From: Armatimonadota bacterium
GTDB taxonomy: Bacteria > Armatimonadota > Zipacnadia > Zipacnadales > UBA5352
Length of the DNA: 20,491 bases
NCBI GenBank assembly: GCA_034722055.1
Contig: JAYENL010000286.1
Location: 1-20,491 of the forward strand
Direction: 5' to 3'
The position numbers and the translations under genes were made by a program. Below, one piece after another: positions 17,910 through 20,491 of the stretch; the stretch's first letter is position 1, and each line of letters begins with the position of its first letter. Below the pieces are notes generated by a model, which searched no databases, was not told where the DNA came from, and saw only the letters and a program-made list of their open reading frames with translations.

Positions 17910-19943
17910 CTACCCCAGCAGCCCCTCGTCCAGCCCCACCGCCGCGAGCTTCGCCAGTACCGTCTTCTTCTGCATCCGCTTACCCTCCGCGCTCCGGGGC
18001 TGGGTGAGCGTGAGGTCCTTGTCCGCCAGCGCACGGTAGACGTCGGGGAGATCGAAGTGCTCCAGCACATACGGCAGCATGGCCGACAGCGGCCACTGCT
18101 GCATCGCGGTCTCCGCCATCTCCCGATATGAGATCGGCGCGTGCCGCAGCGTCACCTGCACCACACGCTCATCCAGCAGCGCCGCAAAGGCCGCCGGGAT
18201 GGCGCCCCACTCCCGACCCACCAGGTGCACCTGGTCGTAGCCGTAGTGGGCCATGAAGTCCAGCGTCCGCAGCACGTCGTGCACCCGCCAGCTCACGTAG
18301 GGCTCGCCCAGCATCAGCCCGTAGCTGGCGTAGAAGTAATCGCTCCCATAGAGGTGCTCGAAGGAGCCCAGGTTGCAGGTCTCGGGCCGCAGCTCCCCGA
18401 TGCCCCGGTAGTCGCAGGTGAAGAAGGCGTCGGAGCGCTTGGCAAGCTTCTTGCACAGCGCGTCCTCGCGCAGGTCCTCGTCGGAGGACTGGTGCGGCAG
18501 CCACAGCACCGCCGGACCGTCGCCCGGCTGCGGGCGGGAGGCCTGGGGGCTATCCAGCACCTGATACACCAGCGCGTGGGCGCCCCACTCGGGGTCGGTC
18601 TCCAGCAGATAGACCGCTGCCGCGCCCTTGGGCCAGTCCCGGCCGGTCAGCGGGCGCAGGATGCGGTAGTGCGGCGGGTCGGGCGGGCGCCTGGGCAGGT
18701 TCAGCAGCTTCTCGACGGCGCGCAGGAGGTCGTCGCCAGAGACCTCGCCACGCTTCTCCGCCAGCTCCTCGGACCGCTCGCGGGTGAAGTCGAAGACCGT
18801 GGCCGGCTTCAGCTCATCGACCTGCCCGCTCTCGGTGGACCACAGCGTCTCCTCGTCCTCCAACTCAAGCTCCGGCTCCGTGGCCGGGGCGTCCACGCCG
18901 GCGTGCTTGTTGAAGAACCCGTACATGGCCTCCCGGTTCTCGACGTGGTAGCCGTGGGGGCGGGGGCCGATGAACAGCTCCACATTGTCCTCGGCCCCGA
19001 AAAGCCCCCAGAAGTGCCGCAGCCGCTCGTAGGTGTCCTCCAGGCCGCGCGCATCGAAGTAGTCCAGCTCCTGGCCCAGCACCAGCAGCGGCCTGGGAGC
19101 ATGCAGCATCAGCAGATCGCCCATCTCCATCCCCAGCGACAGCGAGAAGGGTGGCTGCTGCTCGGCATCCGCGGGCAGCTCGTTCTCGGTGTTGCACCGC
19201 CAGGTGGTGATGTAGCAGCTCGGCGCGGCCATGGTGAAGCGGTCCTCGCCCGACCACCCGCCCGTCGCCGCCAGCAGCAGCGTGGTCATCGTCCCGCCCC
19301 CGGAGTTGCCGGTCAGCCCCACGCGCTCGGGGTCCACCTCCTCCCGCTCCAGCAGATAGTCCAGTGCCCGGATGCCGTCCCACACGCGCCAGGAGCCGAA
19401 GAACTCGCCGCACAGGATCTGCTGGCGGCCCATCCAGTTGTGCTCGCGCGTGCAGGGGCCGATGACCGAGCCGCCCTCGCCGTCGGGGTACTGCATGCGC
19501 TCGCCCTGGCTGAGGGGATCGAAGATCAGCACCACGTAGCCCTTGCGCACCAGGCCCTGGCTGAAGGACTGGTAGAGGTCGCAGGCCTTGCCGTCCACGG
19601 AGTGCCCGCAGACGCCCAACACCGCCGGCGCGGGCGCGTCAAGGCCGTCGGGCACATACAGGTTCGCGGTCACGGGGAGGTTCGGCCGGCTCTCGAAGAT
19701 GATCTTCTCGACCCGGTAGCCCTCGCGCTCCAGGCTGCCCACGATGCGGGATTCCAGCGGGGTTCTCCGCGGCTTCCTCCCGAAGACCTTGCGCATGCCC
19801 GTGCGCAGCTTCTCCTGATACTCCAGCGCGGCTTTCTCCGAGCGCATGGCCATAATGCGCTCGCGGTTGGCGTCACTGACGGCGCGCACCCGGCGCACCA
19901 GAAACTCCTGCATCACACGCGGGAAGCGGCTCAGGCTCTCCAT
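17910..19943 (-). CDS. Cytoplasmic double-domain alpha/beta-hydrolase, paralog of 14974-17031
   Basis: RBS GAGGTG; VCGHS, DPLSQGER, RALDYL, GNSGGG, DYF, PHGY; collinear with the neighbouring paralog along its length; no signal peptide. Confidence 0.9.
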   Translation of the reverse strand: MESLSRFPRVMQEFLVRRVRAVSDANRERIMAMRSEKAALEYQEKLRTGMRKVFGRKPRRTPLESRIVGSLEREGYRVEKIIFESRPNLPVTANLYVPDGLDAPAPAVLGVCGHSVDGKACDLYQSFSQGLVRKGYVVLIFDPLSQGERMQYPDGEGGSVIGPCTREHNWMGRQQILCGEFFGSWRVWDGIRALDYLLEREEVDPERVGLTGNSGGGTMTTLLLAATGGWSGEDRFTMAAPSCYITTWRCNTENELPADAEQQPPFSLSLGMEMGDLLMLHAPRPLLVLGQELDYFDARGLEDTYERLRHFWGLFGAEDNVELFIGPRPHGYHVENREAMYGFFNKHAGVDAPATEPELELEDEETLWSTESGQVDELKPATVFDFTRERSEELAEKRGEVSGDDLLRAVEKLLNLPRRPPDPPHYRILRPLTGRDWPKGAAAVYLLETDPEWGAHALVYQVLDSPQASRPQPGDGPAVLWLPHQSSDEDLREDALCKKLAKRSDAFFTCDYRGIGELRPETCNLGSFEHLYGSDYFYASYGLMLGEPYVSWRVHDVLRTLDFMAHYGYDQVHLVGREWGAIPAAFAALLDERVVQVTLRHAPISYREMAETAMQQWPLSAMLPYVLEHFDLPDVYRALADKDLTLTQPRSAEGKRMQKKTVLAKLAAVGLDEGLLG

Positions 19944-19968
19944 GGCGGCACCTCGCAGACGGCGGCGA

Positions 19969-20017
19969 TCAACGGTCAGCGGTCAGCTATCAGCAGCCAG
20001 CTATCAGCTTTCAGCTA
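19969..20017. repeat. Heptamer tandem repeat (consensus TCAGCTA), 7 units
   Basis: TCAACGG TCAGCGG TCAGCTA TCAGCAG CCAGCTA TCAGCTT TCAGCTA. Confidence 0.85.
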
Positions 20018-20093
20018 ACGGCTGTCGGCGGACGGCGCCACGTCCGGTGGATGGTTCGGCAGGAGACGGGGAGGGACCTTTCGGGCCGTTGTT

Positions 20094-20118
20094 GTAGGGC
20101 GCGGACCTGTGCCGCGCC
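20094..20118 (+). repeat. GTAG-headed REP-like palindrome
   Basis: GTAG-GGCGCGG-ACCTGTG-CCGCGCC. Confidence 0.65.
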
Positions 20119-20188
20119 GGTCGTTGCCGCCGTTCGCAGCGCCGGTGTCTTCGGACCCGCCGGCCATTTGTCGCTGGCGGCTATCGTT

Positions 20189-20371
20189 GTCGCCTGCCCC
20201 CAGCAGTGTTTAGACGACCCATTCGACCTTTTGCGCCAGGCGCTGGAGGAGCAGAGGATTCCATGGTCGCATGTGGCCGGGGACGAGGACTGGGAGCACC
20301 TGCGAGATGATCCTCGCTACCGCGAGCTTGAGGAGGAGTTCGGCCAGGCCGGCCACAGCGCCGAAGATTGA
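20189..20371 (+). pseudogene. Remnant encoding a TPR end-of-group-like C-terminal domain
   Basis: VAC....LDDPFDLLRQALE...AGDEDWEHLRDDPRYREL resembles the C-terminal capping motif of TPR proteins. The upstream part of the ORF is repeat DNA with no credible start, and the stop codon (20369-20371) lies inside the antisense intron end. Confidence 0.55.
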
Positions 20372-20438
20372 CATAGGTAGGCCCTCACGGGCTGTCCCTG
20401 TCACACCACCGTGCGTACGGGTCCGTACACGGCGGTTC
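20367..20438 (-). ncRNA. Group II intron ribozyme domains V and VI
   Basis: DV (20403-20438) is short with the CGC catalytic triad typical of IIC; DVI stem GACAGGG/CCU(A)UGUC has a bulged A 8 nt from the 3' end and an internal GCCC-GUGA-GGGC hairpin. Confidence 0.92.
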
Positions 20439-20440
20439 GA

Positions 20441-20491
20441 TCAGATTGAGGCTGCGTCCCTGACGCGCAGTTGTGGCAGGCCCAGTTCGGC
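20441..20491 (-). CDS. ltrA: C-terminal 16 aa of group II intron reverse transcriptase/maturase (partial)
   Basis: Open frame AELGLPQLRVRDAASI* ends 2 nt before DV; LGLPxL resembles the C-terminus of endonuclease-less class C intron-encoded proteins. Confidence 0.75.
   Translation of the reverse strand, partial: AELGLPQLRVRDAASI

Larger units (their letters stand above)
20367..20491 (-). mobile_element. Group II intron, bacterial class C (IIC), 3' end; truncated by the window edge
   Basis: Minus strand reads ORF stop TGA-TC-GAACCGCCGTGTACGGACCCGTACGCACGGTGGTGT-GACAGGGACAGCCCGTGAGGGCCTACCTATGTC-AAT: domain V, domain VI and an AY 3' terminus. Confidence 0.93.

Noticed and set aside
20200..20371. 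Integron cassette/attC context for the IIC intron
   Set aside because: No RYYYAAC...GTTRRRY pair is evident (GTTTAGA near 20208 does not fit), the intron flank is not the attC insertion sequence and no integrase is present.

Overview
High-GC (roughly 68-70% by eye) bacterial chromosomal window, mostly carbohydrate-related and housekeeping genes. Minus strand: YkuE-like metallophosphoesterase, CDP-alcohol phosphatidyltransferase, amidohydrolase-fold protein, secreted heparinase II/III-like lyase with a C-terminal CBM-like module, polysaccharide-deacetylase-like protein, DegT-family aminotransferase, secreted LamG + PL10-like pectate lyase, two paralogous double-domain alpha/beta-hydrolases (one with a signal peptide, one without) and a small outer-membrane beta-barrel protein. 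Plus strand: Cys-type sulfatase, HlyC/CorC (CNNM-CBS) protein and a TPR C-terminal gene remnant. The ORF track misses the 3' end of a group IIC intron on the minus strand at the right edge (last 16 codons of the RT/maturase, domain V, domain VI, 3' splice site at 20367). Most longer intergenic gaps hold mosaics of REP/REPIN-like palindromes of at least two families, and three carry heptamer tandem repeats; no RAYT transposase is in the window. All calls come from motif recognition by eye; no database search was run.
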